Under the pieces are notes generated by a model. It was not told where the DNA came from. It made no database searches and saw only the letters and a list, made by a program, of their open reading frames with translations. Made by a program: the position numbers and the translations under genes. Below, in pieces: positions 1 through 9,365 of a stretch of 64,000 nt of DNA (its first letter is position 1; every line of letters begins with the position of its first letter). The DNA is from Longimicrobiaceae bacterium (GTDB lineage: Bacteria > Gemmatimonadota > Gemmatimonadetes > Longimicrobiales > Longimicrobiaceae), in contig DASSKB010000141.1 of the NCBI GenBank assembly GCA_035690925.1, positions 663 through 64,662 on the forward strand, given 5' to 3'.

Positions 1-207
1 GGCGTCCATTAGCGACAGGTTCATCTTGCCGGCCGCGTCCGAGAATATGCGAAGGCCAACGATTTTCTCGGCCATCCAGCGGATTTCGTGGTCCCCATCG
101 CCTTCGGTAAAGCCTACCAGCAGGAGGAGTCCATCATCAATCGCCCCGGTTACCCGGCAATCGACCGATACGCTGGCACGCGAGACACGCTGGAGAACAA
201 CCTTCAT
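1..207 (-). CDS. dtd: D-aminoacyl-tRNA deacylase, N-terminal 69 codons (gene runs off the left edge)
   Basis: Manual minus-strand translation from the ATG at 205-207 gives MKVVLQRVSRASVSVDCRVTGAIDDGLLLLVGFTEGDGDHEIRWMAEKIVGLRIFSDAAGKMNLSLMDA. This is the conserved Dtd N-terminus (QRV..A.V.V, GLL.L.G, RIF.D..GKMN). The frame is open to the edge, so it is absent from the ORF track. Confidence 0.8.
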   Translation of the reverse strand, partial: MKVVLQRVSRASVSVDCRVTGAIDDGLLLLVGFTEGDGDHEIRWMAEKIVGLRIFSDAAGKMNLSLMDA

Positions 208-387
208 GGGGATAGGGTCGTAAAAAGCAGTAGAAAACCCAGGTCAGGCGAGATCGAGTCGACAATGTATTGCACATCGCCGGACGAGTCCACAAGAAGC
301 CGCGCGTACCGGTCGGAACGTTCGCGTAAGTTACTGGTACGATTACGTCTGCGACCCGGGGTGAAATGAAGTGGAGCTCCTCCTGCG

Positions 388-452
388 TCCTCTGCGTCCT
401 CCCCGTCTCTGCGGGGATTATTTAACCGCAGAGACGGGGAGGACGCAGAGGA
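388..452. repeat. Perfect 27-bp-stem inverted repeat (hairpin, 11-nt loop), REP/MITE-like
   Basis: Arms 388-414 (tcctctgcgtcctccccgtctctgcgg) and 426-452 are exact reverse complements. The loop is ggattatttaa. It lies between the 5' ends of two divergent genes. Confidence 0.9.
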
Positions 453-504
453 ACACAGCCACAATTGAAAGCGACAGTTACGTCAAATTGGAATTGGGAA
501 AAAA

Positions 505-1506
505 TTGAATATCGGTTATCGCCTGCGCCGGCTGACAGCTGGACTCGTCCTGATACTCCTGCCCGCTCTTCCAGGCTGCTCACCTCAACCTGTGGTTGCG
601 GCCGCAGCGAGCGACGTAGCGGTAAGCGGTTTTGTCACCGATCATGTGGTGGTGATATCCATCGACGGGCTGCGCCCGGATGCCATCGCGGAGTTCGGCG
701 CTGAAACCATTCAGCGGATGATGCGGGAGGGGAGCTACACGCTCAGCGCGCGAACCATCCTGCCGAGCAGAACGCTCCCATCGCACACGTCCATGCTCAC
801 GGGCACCGAGCCCGACGTGCACGGGATAACCTGGAATGGCGATCTCACGCTGCTGACCGGCGAGGTCGACGTCCCAACTATCTTCGGCGTAGCTCATGCC
901 GCCGGATACGAGACGGCGGCGTTCTTCGGGAAGTCCAAGTTTCACCACCTGGAGGTGCCCGGAACGCTCGACCACGTCGAGTCACCCGCTGGCTGGTGGG
1001 GCGAATGGGAAGCCGAGCACACAGTCGCCGAGGTCCGCGAATATCTCACGAACGGCGTGGGGCTGCCCAACCTCATGTTCGTTCACATAGGTGAACCGGA
1101 CTACGCTGGCCATGAATTCGGGTGGATGAGTCCTTCATACGGTAGGGCGGTCCGCGAGGCCGACGCGGCCGTGGCCGAAGTCCTCGACGCCGCAAACGCC
1201 GAGTTCGGTAAGGGCGAATACACGGTTATCCTTACCGCCGACCACGGCGGGCACGGAAAGGGTCACGGCACCGCCGGTCCGCTCGACGTCACCATCCCCT
1301 GGATTGCCTGGGGCGACGGCGTTGTGGCCGGATCGGCAATCGTCGATCAGGTCAGGACCGTCGATACCGCCGCTACAGTATTGTGGTTACTCGGCCTTTC
1401 CGGTACGGGTATGGGCGCTCCGGTGCTTTCCGGCTTCCAACCGGCCTTCAGTGGCCAGCCAATCCCTCACTCCACCGTCACAGATTTGGCGAGATTACGC
1501 GGTTGA
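505..1506 (+). CDS. Alkaline-phosphatase-superfamily nucleotide pyrophosphatase/phosphodiesterase (NPP family), lipoprotein
   Basis: Lipobox LLPALPGCS. NPP/AlkP metal and nucleophile motifs are present: VVVISIDGLRPD, LPSHTSMLTG, GEPDYAGHEFG, LTADHGGHG. TTG start. The 3' end overlaps the glmS 3' end by 40 nt. Confidence 0.8.
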   Translation: MNIGYRLRRLTAGLVLILLPALPGCSPQPVVAAAASDVAVSGFVTDHVVVISIDGLRPDAIAEFGAETIQRMMREGSYTLSARTILPSRTLPSHTSMLTGTEPDVHGITWNGDLTLLTGEVDVPTIFGVAHAAGYETAAFFGKSKFHHLEVPGTLDHVESPAGWWGEWEAEHTVAEVREYLTNGVGLPNLMFVHIGEPDYAGHEFGWMSPSYGRAVREADAAVAEVLDAANAEFGKGEYTVILTADHGGHGKGHGTAGPLDVTIPWIAWGDGVVAGSAIVDQVRTVDTAATVLWLLGLSGTGMGAPVLSGFQPAFSGQPIPHSTVTDLARLRG

Positions 1507-3320
1507 TCCACGTTGCAACCGCGCAGCACGGCTATGTGATAGGCCAGCAGCTGTAGCGGGATGGTGGCGAGGATGGGGGTGAGCGCGTCGTGCGTTCGCG
1601 GAATCTGGATTACGTGATCCGCGAAGGCCATCAGCTCTGTATCGCCCTCCGTAATGACCGCTATAACACACCCGCCGCGTGCCCGCACCTCCTCGATGTT
1701 CGACTTGATCTTGTCGTAGACCGCGTCCTTCGGGGCTATCACCACCACTGGCATGCTCGCATCGATCAGGGCGATGGGTCCGTGCTTCATCTCCGCGGCC
1801 GGGTACCCCTCGGCGTGGATGTAGGATATCTCCTTGAGCTTGAGAGCACCTTCGAGGGCAGACGGGAAGTTGTACCCGCGGCCGAGGTAGAGGAAGTTCG
1901 GGTGATCCTTGTAGTCTTCGGCTAACTGACGGATGGCTGGATCGAGCTCCAGTATCTCGCCCACCTGCTCCGGCAGCCGGCCGAGCGCCCTGACGATCTC
2001 GCGACCGCGCGACGCCGATAGGGTGCCCCGAAGCCGCCCGAGGTGCACCGTTATCATCGCCAGCACTTCCACCTGTGAGGTGAATGCCTTGGTGGACGCC
2101 ACACCGATCTCGGGGCCGGCGTGCAGGTACACGCCCGCGTCGGTCTCGCGCGCTATCGTCGATCCGACAGAATTGACAACGCCGAGCAGCGTCGCGCCCT
2201 GCTGCTTCGCCTCCCGCATCGCCCAGAGGGTGTCCGCCGTTTCGCCCGATTGGGAGATGGCGATAACCAGGGTGTTGGGCTCCACTACCGGCCTGCGGTA
2301 ACGGAACTCGGACGCGTACTCGACGTTGGTCGGGATCCGGGCGATGTCCTCCAGCATGTACTCGCCTATCAGTCCGCTGTGCCAGGAAGTGCCGCACCCG
2401 AGGATGATGACGCGCTCGATGCCGCTGAGCTCTTCGTCCATACCCGTGAGCCCGCCCAGCCTGACCTTCCCATCCTCCTCCAACAGCCGACCGCGCATTG
2501 TCTCGCGCAGCGTCTGCGGCTGCTCCATGATCTCCTTCAGCATGAAGTGCGGATATCCGCCGCGCTCCACCTCGTCCAGGTTCCAGTCCACCCGGTCCAC
2601 CGCCCTGTCCACCGGGCCGTGCGCCGGCCTGTGCACCGTGTAGCCCGCGCGGGTGATGGTGGCCATATCGCCATCTTCCAGATAGACCACGTCCCTGGTG
2701 TGGGCGATGACGGCGGCAGCGTCGGACGCAACGAAGGTCTCATTGTTCTCGCCAACACCAATTAGCAGAGGACTGCCAAGTCTTGCGACTACGATCTTGT
2801 CCGGGTCGTGAGTGGAGATAACGGCAATGCCATACGTTCCCTCCACCTGTTCGAGGGCGCTCTCGACCGCACGCTCGAGCGCATCGTGAGCCCTGCCCTC
2901 GCCCTTATCGTACACCTCCTCTATGAGGTGGACGAGGACCTCGGTGTCGGTTTCCGACGTGAATTTATGACCGAGCTCCTCTAATCGGCGCCGCAGTGTG
3001 CCGGCGTTCTCGACGATGCCGTTATGGACGAGCGCGAAATCGCCCGCTTCGCTGGAGTGGGGATGGGCGTTCCGGATGGTCGGCGCGCCGTGGGTGGCCC
3101 ACCGCGTGTGGCCGATCCCGCAGACCCCTGTGATCGGTTGCTCGACTATCATCTTCTCGAGCTCGGCTATCTTACCTGCTTCTTTGCGTATCTCGATGTG
3201 GCTGTTCTCGATGACCGCTACACCCGCCGAGTCGTAACCGCGGTACTCGAGGCGCTTCAACCCGGCCACGAGCAGCGGGACGACCTGCTGGTCCCCTATG
3301 TATCCAACGATGCCGCACAT
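1467..3320 (-). CDS. glmS: Glutamine--fructose-6-phosphate aminotransferase
   Basis: N-terminal nucleophile MCGIVGY (ATG at 3320; the track ORF extends spuriously to 3467). Two SIS domains follow (GCGTSWHSG, ISQSGETADT), and the C-terminus is KSVTVE. Confidence 0.95.
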   Translation of the reverse strand: MCGIVGYIGDQQVVPLLVAGLKRLEYRGYDSAGVAVIENSHIEIRKEAGKIAELEKMIVEQPITGVCGIGHTRWATHGAPTIRNAHPHSSEAGDFALVHNGIVENAGTLRRRLEELGHKFTSETDTEVLVHLIEEVYDKGEGRAHDALERAVESALEQVEGTYGIAVISTHDPDKIVVARLGSPLLIGVGENNETFVASDAAAVIAHTRDVVYLEDGDMATITRAGYTVHRPAHGPVDRAVDRVDWNLDEVERGGYPHFMLKEIMEQPQTLRETMRGRLLEEDGKVRLGGLTGMDEELSGIERVIILGCGTSWHSGLIGEYMLEDIARIPTNVEYASEFRYRRPVVEPNTLVIAISQSGETADTLWAMREAKQQGATLLGVVNSVGSTIARETDAGVYLHAGPEIGVASTKAFTSQVEVLAMITVHLGRLRGTLSASRGREIVRALGRLPEQVGEILELDPAIRQLAEDYKDHPNFLYLGRGYNFPSALEGALKLKEISYIHAEGYPAAEMKHGPIALIDASMPVVVIAPKDAVYDKIKSNIEEVRARGGCVIAVITEGDTELMAFADHVIQIPRTHDALTPILATIPLQLLAYHIAVLRGCNVDQPRNLAKSVTVE

Positions 3321-3346
3321 GGGCAGTCCCTTGTAGAGAGTGTTTG

Positions 3347-4720
3347 CTATTCGGAGGGCAGCGCGCCGCGGACCTGCTCCACAAGCGCGCGCGCCTCCTC
3401 TGAAGTAGGTGCCTCGGCTATTATTCGGACTATAGGCTCGGTGCCTGACGGTCGCAGGTGCACCCAACGACGTTGTTTTGGCCAGGCGAGCCTGAGACCG
3501 TCCTGCCGGTCCACTTCGCCGGCGTTCAGCGTGGCGATGAGCGACTCGTATACGCTGTCCAGGGATTCGCCCGGACGCGGTACTTTCTCCTTAACGATCT
3601 CGTATTGGCCAATCCCCTCCGCGATCTCGCTGAGAGGCGTATCGGTTTCGGCGAGCAGTTGCAGAATAAGGGCCGCTGCTACTGGCGCGTCGCGCGTCAG
3701 GTGGACGTCGGGAAGGATGACGCCTCCGTTGCCCTCTCCCCCGATGGTTGCTCCCTGCGCCTGCATAGCTCGCACCACGTTGATTTCACCGACGGCTGAG
3801 CGAACCAGGCGAGCCCCACCCAACGCGGCTGCGTCATCGAGCAGCCGGCTGGTGGAGAGATTCGTGACGACGGTTCCCGGTCGATGCTTCAGAACCAGCA
3901 GCACGGCTAGCGCGAGCGTGTAATCTTCACCTATCGCACTACCTTTTTCGGACACGAGCGACAGACGGTCGACGTCCGGATCGGTCGCGAAACCGACATC
4001 CGCGCCTACTCTGGTCACGAGGGCCTCCAGCTCGCCCAGGTTCGCCGCGACAGGCTCCGGTTCCCGGGGGAAGAGGCCATCGGTGGGGAGGTTGATGGCG
4101 TCCACGCGACACCCGAGCGCCTCCAGGAGCTGCGGGAAGATGGTTCCGCCGGCGCCGCGAACGCAATCCAGAGCAACGTGGAAGTTGCGTTCCCGTATCT
4201 TCTCCACATCGAGAAAGGGGATTGCCAATATCCTCTCCAGGTGGCGCTCCACCGCGCCGTCATCCACGCTGTGCTTCCCCAGGTCCGCCCAGCCAGCCCG
4301 CGGAATCTCGCCGTCGAGCAGGGCGCGCATGTCGCTGCCCTGCCCGGCATCCAGGAACATCCCGGTCGGCCCGATGAATTTGAGCGCGTTCCACTCGATC
4401 GGATTGTGGCTCGCCGTCACCGCCAGGCCACCCGCGGCGCTCAGGTGCTCCACAGCCAGCTGAACGCTTGGGGTGGGACACATCCCCACGTCCACCACAT
4501 CACACCCGACGGACTGCAGAGCGGCCGTGGCGGCACGGACGAACATCGGGCCAGAAACCCGCGAGTCCCTGCCGATCACAACCGTTTTGCCGGGGCCGTT
4601 CTTCAGCACGTAGGCGCCGAACGCCGCCGCGAAATGGCCAATCACTTCGGGCGTGAGACCCTCACCCACACGGCCTCGCACGCCGGATACGCTCACCATT
4701 AATCGGGACGTATCTATCAC
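3347..4720 (-). CDS. Phosphohexomutase (phosphoglucosamine/phosphomannomutase family), GlmM candidate by synteny
   Basis: Phosphoserine loop TASHNPIEWNALKF, Mg loop FATDPDVDR, sugar loop GGEGNGG. It ends 26 nt upstream of glmS on the same strand. Confidence 0.8.
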   Translation of the reverse strand: MIDTSRLMVSVSGVRGRVGEGLTPEVIGHFAAAFGAYVLKNGPGKTVVIGRDSRVSGPMFVRAATAALQSVGCDVVDVGMCPTPSVQLAVEHLSAAGGLAVTASHNPIEWNALKFIGPTGMFLDAGQGSDMRALLDGEIPRAGWADLGKHSVDDGAVERHLERILAIPFLDVEKIRERNFHVALDCVRGAGGTIFPQLLEALGCRVDAINLPTDGLFPREPEPVAANLGELEALVTRVGADVGFATDPDVDRLSLVSEKGSAIGEDYTLALAVLLVLKHRPGTVVTNLSTSRLLDDAAALGGARLVRSAVGEINVVRAMQAQGATIGGEGNGGVILPDVHLTRDAPVAAALILQLLAETDTPLSEIAEGIGQYEIVKEKVPRPGESLDSVYESLIATLNAGEVDRQDGLRLAWPKQRRWVHLRPSGTEPIVRIIAEAPTSEEARALVEQVRGALPSE

Positions 4721-4895
4721 ATTTCTCTCCGTTCTCCATCGGACGATTGCCCGAAACTGTAAGAATTTTATTCAGCGAATGTAGAACCCGGAGGAAACGA
4801 GCGTCAACCCGCGTGCCACGATGCGCCCACAGCTTGCCGCCTCCACACCCGGGCGCCTATCTTCCGCATCGCCATTCACTCCAACCGTGTGAACA

Positions 4896-6065
4896 ATGCC
4901 TGACCAATTCGCGACCTCCAGACTCCGCTTCGCCACGCGTGCGATTCACGCCGGCCAGAGCCCCGACCCGACAACAGGGGCCATTATGACGCCGGTCTAT
5001 CAGACCTCGACCTACGTTCAGCCTGAGCTCGGCCGGCACCTCGGCTACGAGTATGCGCGGACCCATAATCCGACCCGCGAGGCGCTCGAGGCCAACGTCG
5101 CATCCCTCGAGGGAGGTCGCTTCGGAGTGGCCTTCGCATCCGGGCTCGCCTCGATCGACGCTACCGCTAAGCTGTTCTCCGCCGGCGATCACATTATCTC
5201 GGGCGAGGGGGTATACGGAGGAACCTACCGCCTCTTCTCCGAAGTCATCGCCCGACTCGGCATCGAGTTCACCTTTGTTGATTCGAGCGACCTCGAGCAG
5301 ATTCGTAGCGCCGTGCGTCCAAATACGAAACTGATTCACGTGGAGACGCCGACCAATCCGATGATGCGGCTCACGGATCTGGCAGGTGCGGCCGAGATAG
5401 CACACTCCGCCGGAGCTTTGCTGAGTGTGGATAATACATTCGCGACGCCGTTCAACCAGCGGCCACTGGAGTTGGGTGCCGACCTTGTGCTCCACTCCAC
5501 CACCAAGTACCTGAACGGCCATTCGGACATGGTCGGCGGCCTGGCGTTGATGAACGACGAGGACCTCCACACCCGGTTACGCTTCATGCAGAATGCCGCG
5601 GGGGCAGTGCCCGGCCCGTGGGACAGCTGGCTCGCGCTCCGCGGAACCAAGACGCTCCACCTGCGCATGCAGGCGCACAACTCGAACGGTGATCAGATAG
5701 CTCGCTGGCTCGAAGCCCATCCGGCTGCGGAGCGCGTCTACTATCCTGGTCTCCCATCACACCCGCAGCACAAGCTCGCTAAAGAGCAGATGGCGGGTTT
5801 CACCGGAATGATCTCTGTCGAGATGGGGTCGATGCAGCGCGCCACCACCCTGGTGGAGAATGTACGAGTCTTCGCGCTCGCCGAGTCGCTGGGTGGCGTG
5901 GAGAGCCTCATAGGCCACCCAGCGCGAATGACTCACGCGTCGGTACCGGCCGAGCGCCGCGAGGCGATGGGCATCTCTGACGGCCTGGTCAGGCTCTCCT
6001 GTGGCGTAGAAGACGTCGACGATCTCATCGAGGACCTCGACGCGGCGCTGGCGAAGATAAGGTGA
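4896..6065 (+). CDS. Cys/Met-metabolism PLP enzyme (cystathionine gamma-synthase/beta-lyase/gamma-lyase family)
   Basis: RFATRAIHAGQ, ETPTNP, and the PLP-lysine motif HSTTKYLNGHSD. The family call is clear but the exact reaction is not. Confidence 0.85.
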   Translation: MPDQFATSRLRFATRAIHAGQSPDPTTGAIMTPVYQTSTYVQPELGRHLGYEYARTHNPTREALEANVASLEGGRFGVAFASGLASIDATAKLFSAGDHIISGEGVYGGTYRLFSEVIARLGIEFTFVDSSDLEQIRSAVRPNTKLIHVETPTNPMMRLTDLAGAAEIAHSAGALLSVDNTFATPFNQRPLELGADLVLHSTTKYLNGHSDMVGGLALMNDEDLHTRLRFMQNAAGAVPGPWDSWLALRGTKTLHLRMQAHNSNGDQIARWLEAHPAAERVYYPGLPSHPQHKLAKEQMAGFTGMISVEMGSMQRATTLVENVRVFALAESLGGVESLIGHPARMTHASVPAERREAMGISDGLVRLSCGVEDVDDLIEDLDAALAKIR

Positions 6066-7339
6066 AGATTCTAATAGTAGGTAACGGCGGACGCGAGCAC
6101 GCTCTCCTCTGGAAACTTCGGCGGGACGCGCCGGAAGCTGAGTTCTTCATCACACTCGGCAACGGCGGCACAGCTGAGCTGGCCAGATCGATTCCAGTAA
6201 AACCAACGGCTGTAGGCGACCTCGTCGCGTGGGCGTCCGGCAATGATATCGACCTGACGGTTGTCGGGCCGGAGATTCCGTTAGCGGACGGAATAGTCGA
6301 TCGATTCTCCACGGCCGGTCTGGCCGTTTTCGGGCCGACGCATGCGGCGGCGCGGATCGAGAGCTCCAAGGCGTTCGCCAAGGAGCTGATGGCGAGGCAC
6401 GGAATACCGACGGCACGTTACCGCACCTTCGATGAACTCGCGGCGGCTGAGCGGTACGTTGGGGAGCATGGTGCGCCGGTAGTCGTGAAAGCGTCCGGTC
6501 TGGCCGCCGGCAAAGGCGCGGTGGTCTGTGAGAGCGTCGAGGACGCGCGGTCGGCCCTGAGATCCATAATGGGTGACCACACGTTGGGCACCGCTGGCGA
6601 TACGGTCGTCATCGAGGAGAAGATGGAGGGCGAAGAGCTCTCGGTTTTCGCGCTCACAGATGGCAGGAACGTACTGCCCATGCTCCCAGCACAGGACCAC
6701 AAGCGTCTGGGCGAGGGCGAGACGGGTCCCAACACTGGCGGAATGGGTGCCTATGCGCCCGTATCGATAGCTCAGCCTTCTCTGATGGATTTTATATCCA
6801 ACCAGATTCTGCAACCGACCATCGATGCGCTGGCGGCCGATGGACACCCGTTCCGCGGATTGCTTTACGCCGGCCTCATGCTGACCGCCGACGGTCCCAA
6901 AGTGGTCGAGTTCAACTGTCGTTTCGGCGACCCCGAGACACAGGCGCTCCTGCCGCTCCTGGACAGCACATTGCTGGATCCGATGCTCGCTATAGCACGA
7001 GGCGAATCCGTCGCAGGCACCAAGCTCCGCTGGCACAGTGCGGCCGCGGTTACGACAGTAATGGCATCAGGAGGTTACCCGGGCCCTTACCGGAAGGGCC
7101 TGCCGATAGAAATCGAAGCGCAGGTCGTCGCGGCTGACGATCTCCTGTTATTCCACGCGGGAACGGCGCGGTCGGAGGGTGATCTCGTCACTACCGGTGG
7201 ACGTGTTCTGGCCATCACCGCGCTCGCCCAAAGCGTAACAGCGGCCGCGGCGCGCGGACGCTGGGGTGCCGAACACATCCACATCGAGGGAAGCCAGTAC
7301 CGCAGGGACATCGCCTGGCGCGAGGCCGCCCGCCAGTAA
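6062..7339 (+). CDS. purD: Phosphoribosylamine--glycine ligase
   Basis: MKILIVGNGGREHAL N-terminus and an ATP-grasp body (VVKASGLAAGKG, NCRFGDPE). GTGA overlap with the preceding gene. Confidence 0.95.
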   Translation: MKILIVGNGGREHALLWKLRRDAPEAEFFITLGNGGTAELARSIPVKPTAVGDLVAWASGNDIDLTVVGPEIPLADGIVDRFSTAGLAVFGPTHAAARIESSKAFAKELMARHGIPTARYRTFDELAAAERYVGEHGAPVVVKASGLAAGKGAVVCESVEDARSALRSIMGDHTLGTAGDTVVIEEKMEGEELSVFALTDGRNVLPMLPAQDHKRLGEGETGPNTGGMGAYAPVSIAQPSLMDFISNQILQPTIDALAADGHPFRGLLYAGLMLTADGPKVVEFNCRFGDPETQALLPLLDSTLLDPMLAIARGESVAGTKLRWHSAAAVTTVMASGGYPGPYRKGLPIEIEAQVVAADDLLLFHAGTARSEGDLVTTGGRVLAITALAQSVTAAAARGRWGAEHIHIEGSQYRRDIAWREAARQ

Positions 7340-7344
7340 GCTAT

Positions 7345-8154
7345 ATGCCAGAACTCCCCGAAGTAGAGACTATCGTCCGCGATCTGAACGGCCTGATCTC
7401 CGGGTTGACTATCAGTTCCGCGGAAGTGGTGCGTCCGGACCTGATAGGTGGTTCCGTCGAGGTTTTCCAGGAAGGCCTACGTGGCCGCCGGATCGACAGT
7501 ATTACCCGCCGCGCCAAGAACATCCTGTTCCACGTTGGCGACGACCTGCTCATAGTCAACCTCGGCATGACGGGCAGGTTGATGGTCACGACGCCCGATG
7601 AGGAAGCGCCGCATCTGGGAGTGCGATTCGGTCTTTCAGACGGCAGCGTACTCGTGTACCGCGACATACGGAGATTCGGCCGCCTGGAGCTCGCGTCCGC
7701 GGTCGACTGGGGGAAACGCGAGGCGCAGCTCGGCTTCGAGCCACTCTCGGAGGAATTCACTCCCGGCGCCCTTTTCGAGCTCGCTTCGCGGTCCCGCGTT
7801 GCCGTCAAAACCTGGCTGATGGACCAGAAGCGGATAGTCGGCGTGGGCAACATCTACGCGAGCGAAGCGCTCTTCCGGGCGCGCATCGACCCCCGCAGAC
7901 CCGCGAACTCACTTACCCGCCCGGACAGCCGGAAGCTGCACGCCGGTATCCGGGACGTGCTCTCCTCCGCAATAGAAATGCGGGGGACTACCTTCATGGA
8001 CTATCGCGATGCGAAAGGGGAGCGTGGCGGCTTCAAGGATTTCCTCCTGGTCTACGATCGCGGCGGTCTGCCCTGCACCGTCTGCAAAACCCCCATCGTC
8101 CGCATCGTTCAGGGCGGCCGATCCACATTTTACTGCCCCAAGTGCCAGAAGTGA
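7345..8154 (+). CDS. mutM: Formamidopyrimidine-DNA glycosylase
   Basis: MPELPEVE N-terminus (catalytic Pro2/Glu3), H2TH region, C-terminal zinc finger CTVCKTPIVRIVQGGRSTFYCPKCQ. Confidence 0.95.
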   Translation: MPELPEVETIVRDLNGLISGLTISSAEVVRPDLIGGSVEVFQEGLRGRRIDSITRRAKNILFHVGDDLLIVNLGMTGRLMVTTPDEEAPHLGVRFGLSDGSVLVYRDIRRFGRLELASAVDWGKREAQLGFEPLSEEFTPGALFELASRSRVAVKTWLMDQKRIVGVGNIYASEALFRARIDPRRPANSLTRPDSRKLHAGIRDVLSSAIEMRGTTFMDYRDAKGERGGFKDFLLVYDRGGLPCTVCKTPIVRIVQGGRSTFYCPKCQK

Positions 8155-9260
8155 TTGGGCTTTCGCCGCTCGGAAGCGACTGTTTCGGATTTCCCGATTC
8201 CGCCCCAGCGCCGACACTCCGCGAGCGGGTGCGGGCTTCCGCTCTCAATCTGCCAGGAACTTACCGGATGCTTTCGGAAACCGGCGAGGTCCTGTACGTG
8301 GGAAAATCCAAGCAGATCAGGACGCGCGTCCTCTCGTACTTCCGAGCTAAGGAAGGCGATAAGGCGCGACGCATTATCCGAGAGGCGCAGAAGCTGGAAT
8401 GGGATTACGAGCCCAGCGAGTTCGCGGCGCTGCTGCGGGAGCTGGAGCTCATCAAGAAGCACCGTCCCCGCTACAACGTTCGCCACAAGCGCCGCCGCTC
8501 GTATTCATTCCTGAAACTCACCTCAGGTCCCGCGCCGCGCCTGTTCGTCGTTCGCCAGGTGTCGGACGACAGCGCTCTCTATTACGGGCCGTTCCGCGGC
8601 GGCCGGCGAATAGCGGATGCGGTACGTGAGCTCAGCGATGTGCTGGGGCTTCGGGACTGTTCGCTGTCGATTCCTATGCGGTTTGCCGATCAGAGCGAAC
8701 TCTTTGGTTCCGATAGTCACGCACGGTGCCACAGATACGACCTGCAGCGCTGCGCTGGCCCATGTGCGGGCTTCTGTAGCGCCGCCGACTACGCGCGGCG
8801 CGTGGATCTCGCAAAGAATTTCCTGAACGGCGATGCCCAGGAACCGATTCAGTGGCTGGAGGATAGAATGAAGCGAGCCGCTCAGCGCTGGGAGTTCGAG
8901 CACGCCGCATCGCTCCGTGACCGGATAAGTAGATTGGAGATGCTACGCCAGGAATTCGCCAGACTACGTGAAGCGCTGGAGCACCTCTCTTTCCAGTATA
9001 TCGTCAAAGGGCACAACGGGGATGATCGCGTATACATCATCAGGCGCGGAGCGATTCGCGGAGTCCTCCCGACCCCGAAGTCGCACGCGGAACGCAAGCG
9101 CTTATCATACCTTGTGGACAAAGTTTCTCGCGCGCCATCCGGTAGCGGGACGCTGGTCGCTACGGCCGAGGTCGACGAAATTCTCCTCGTTGCCCAGTGG
9201 TTTCGTTTTCATCCCGGCGAGCTCGACAACACCGTTGCCTTCGGATTGTCGCTGGCATAG
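8142..9260 (+). CDS. UvrC N-terminal-half homolog (GIY-YIG nuclease + Cys cluster + UVR domain), Cho-like
   Basis: GIY-YIG motif PGTYRMLSETGEVLYVGKSKQIRTRVLSYF...ELELIKKHRPRYN. Cys cluster CHRYDLQRCAGPCAGFCS. UVR-like helix FEHAASLRDRISRLE. At 372 aa there is no C-terminal RNase-H-like/HhH half. The start is uncertain (GTG 8142, or GTG 8229). Confidence 0.7.
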   Translation: MPEVIGLSPLGSDCFGFPDSAPAPTLRERVRASALNLPGTYRMLSETGEVLYVGKSKQIRTRVLSYFRAKEGDKARRIIREAQKLEWDYEPSEFAALLRELELIKKHRPRYNVRHKRRRSYSFLKLTSGPAPRLFVVRQVSDDSALYYGPFRGGRRIADAVRELSDVLGLRDCSLSIPMRFADQSELFGSDSHARCHRYDLQRCAGPCAGFCSAADYARRVDLAKNFLNGDAQEPIQWLEDRMKRAAQRWEFEHAASLRDRISRLEMLRQEFARLREALEHLSFQYIVKGHNGDDRVYIIRRGAIRGVLPTPKSHAERKRLSYLVDKVSRAPSGSGTLVATAEVDEILLVAQWFRFHPGELDNTVAFGLSLA

Positions 9261-9365
9261 TCCACAGCTCAACGAATGCCTCCTGACGCACCCTGGCATG
9301 CCGGTTGCGCCTGCCGTTCGCCAGCTATCGTGCGGGTCCGTTCCCGAACACCGGAGTAAATACAG

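Noticed and set aside
26-464. Track ORFs 26-223 +, 88-369 + and 204-464 - at the left edge.
   Set aside because: The first two lie on the opposite strand to the recognisable dtd reading frame, which occupies 1-207. The third runs through the 27-bp hairpin and is low-complexity.
1467-1506. 40-nt convergent overlap between the 3' ends of the NPP gene (+) and glmS (-).
   Set aside because: The glmS end (…KSVTVE*) is certain. The last 13 codons of the NPP ORF may simply be a non-conserved tail. Such overlaps are common in dense high-GC genomes, and I see no special significance.
4721-4895. Possible riboswitch or leader upstream of the Cys/Met PLP enzyme. A stem can be drawn between acccggagg (about 4787) and cctccacacccggg (about 4841).
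   Set aside because: I could not recognise the conserved cores of the SAM-I, SAM-II, SAM-IV or SAH riboswitches. One imperfect stem is not evidence. A covariance-model scan (Rfam) would be needed.
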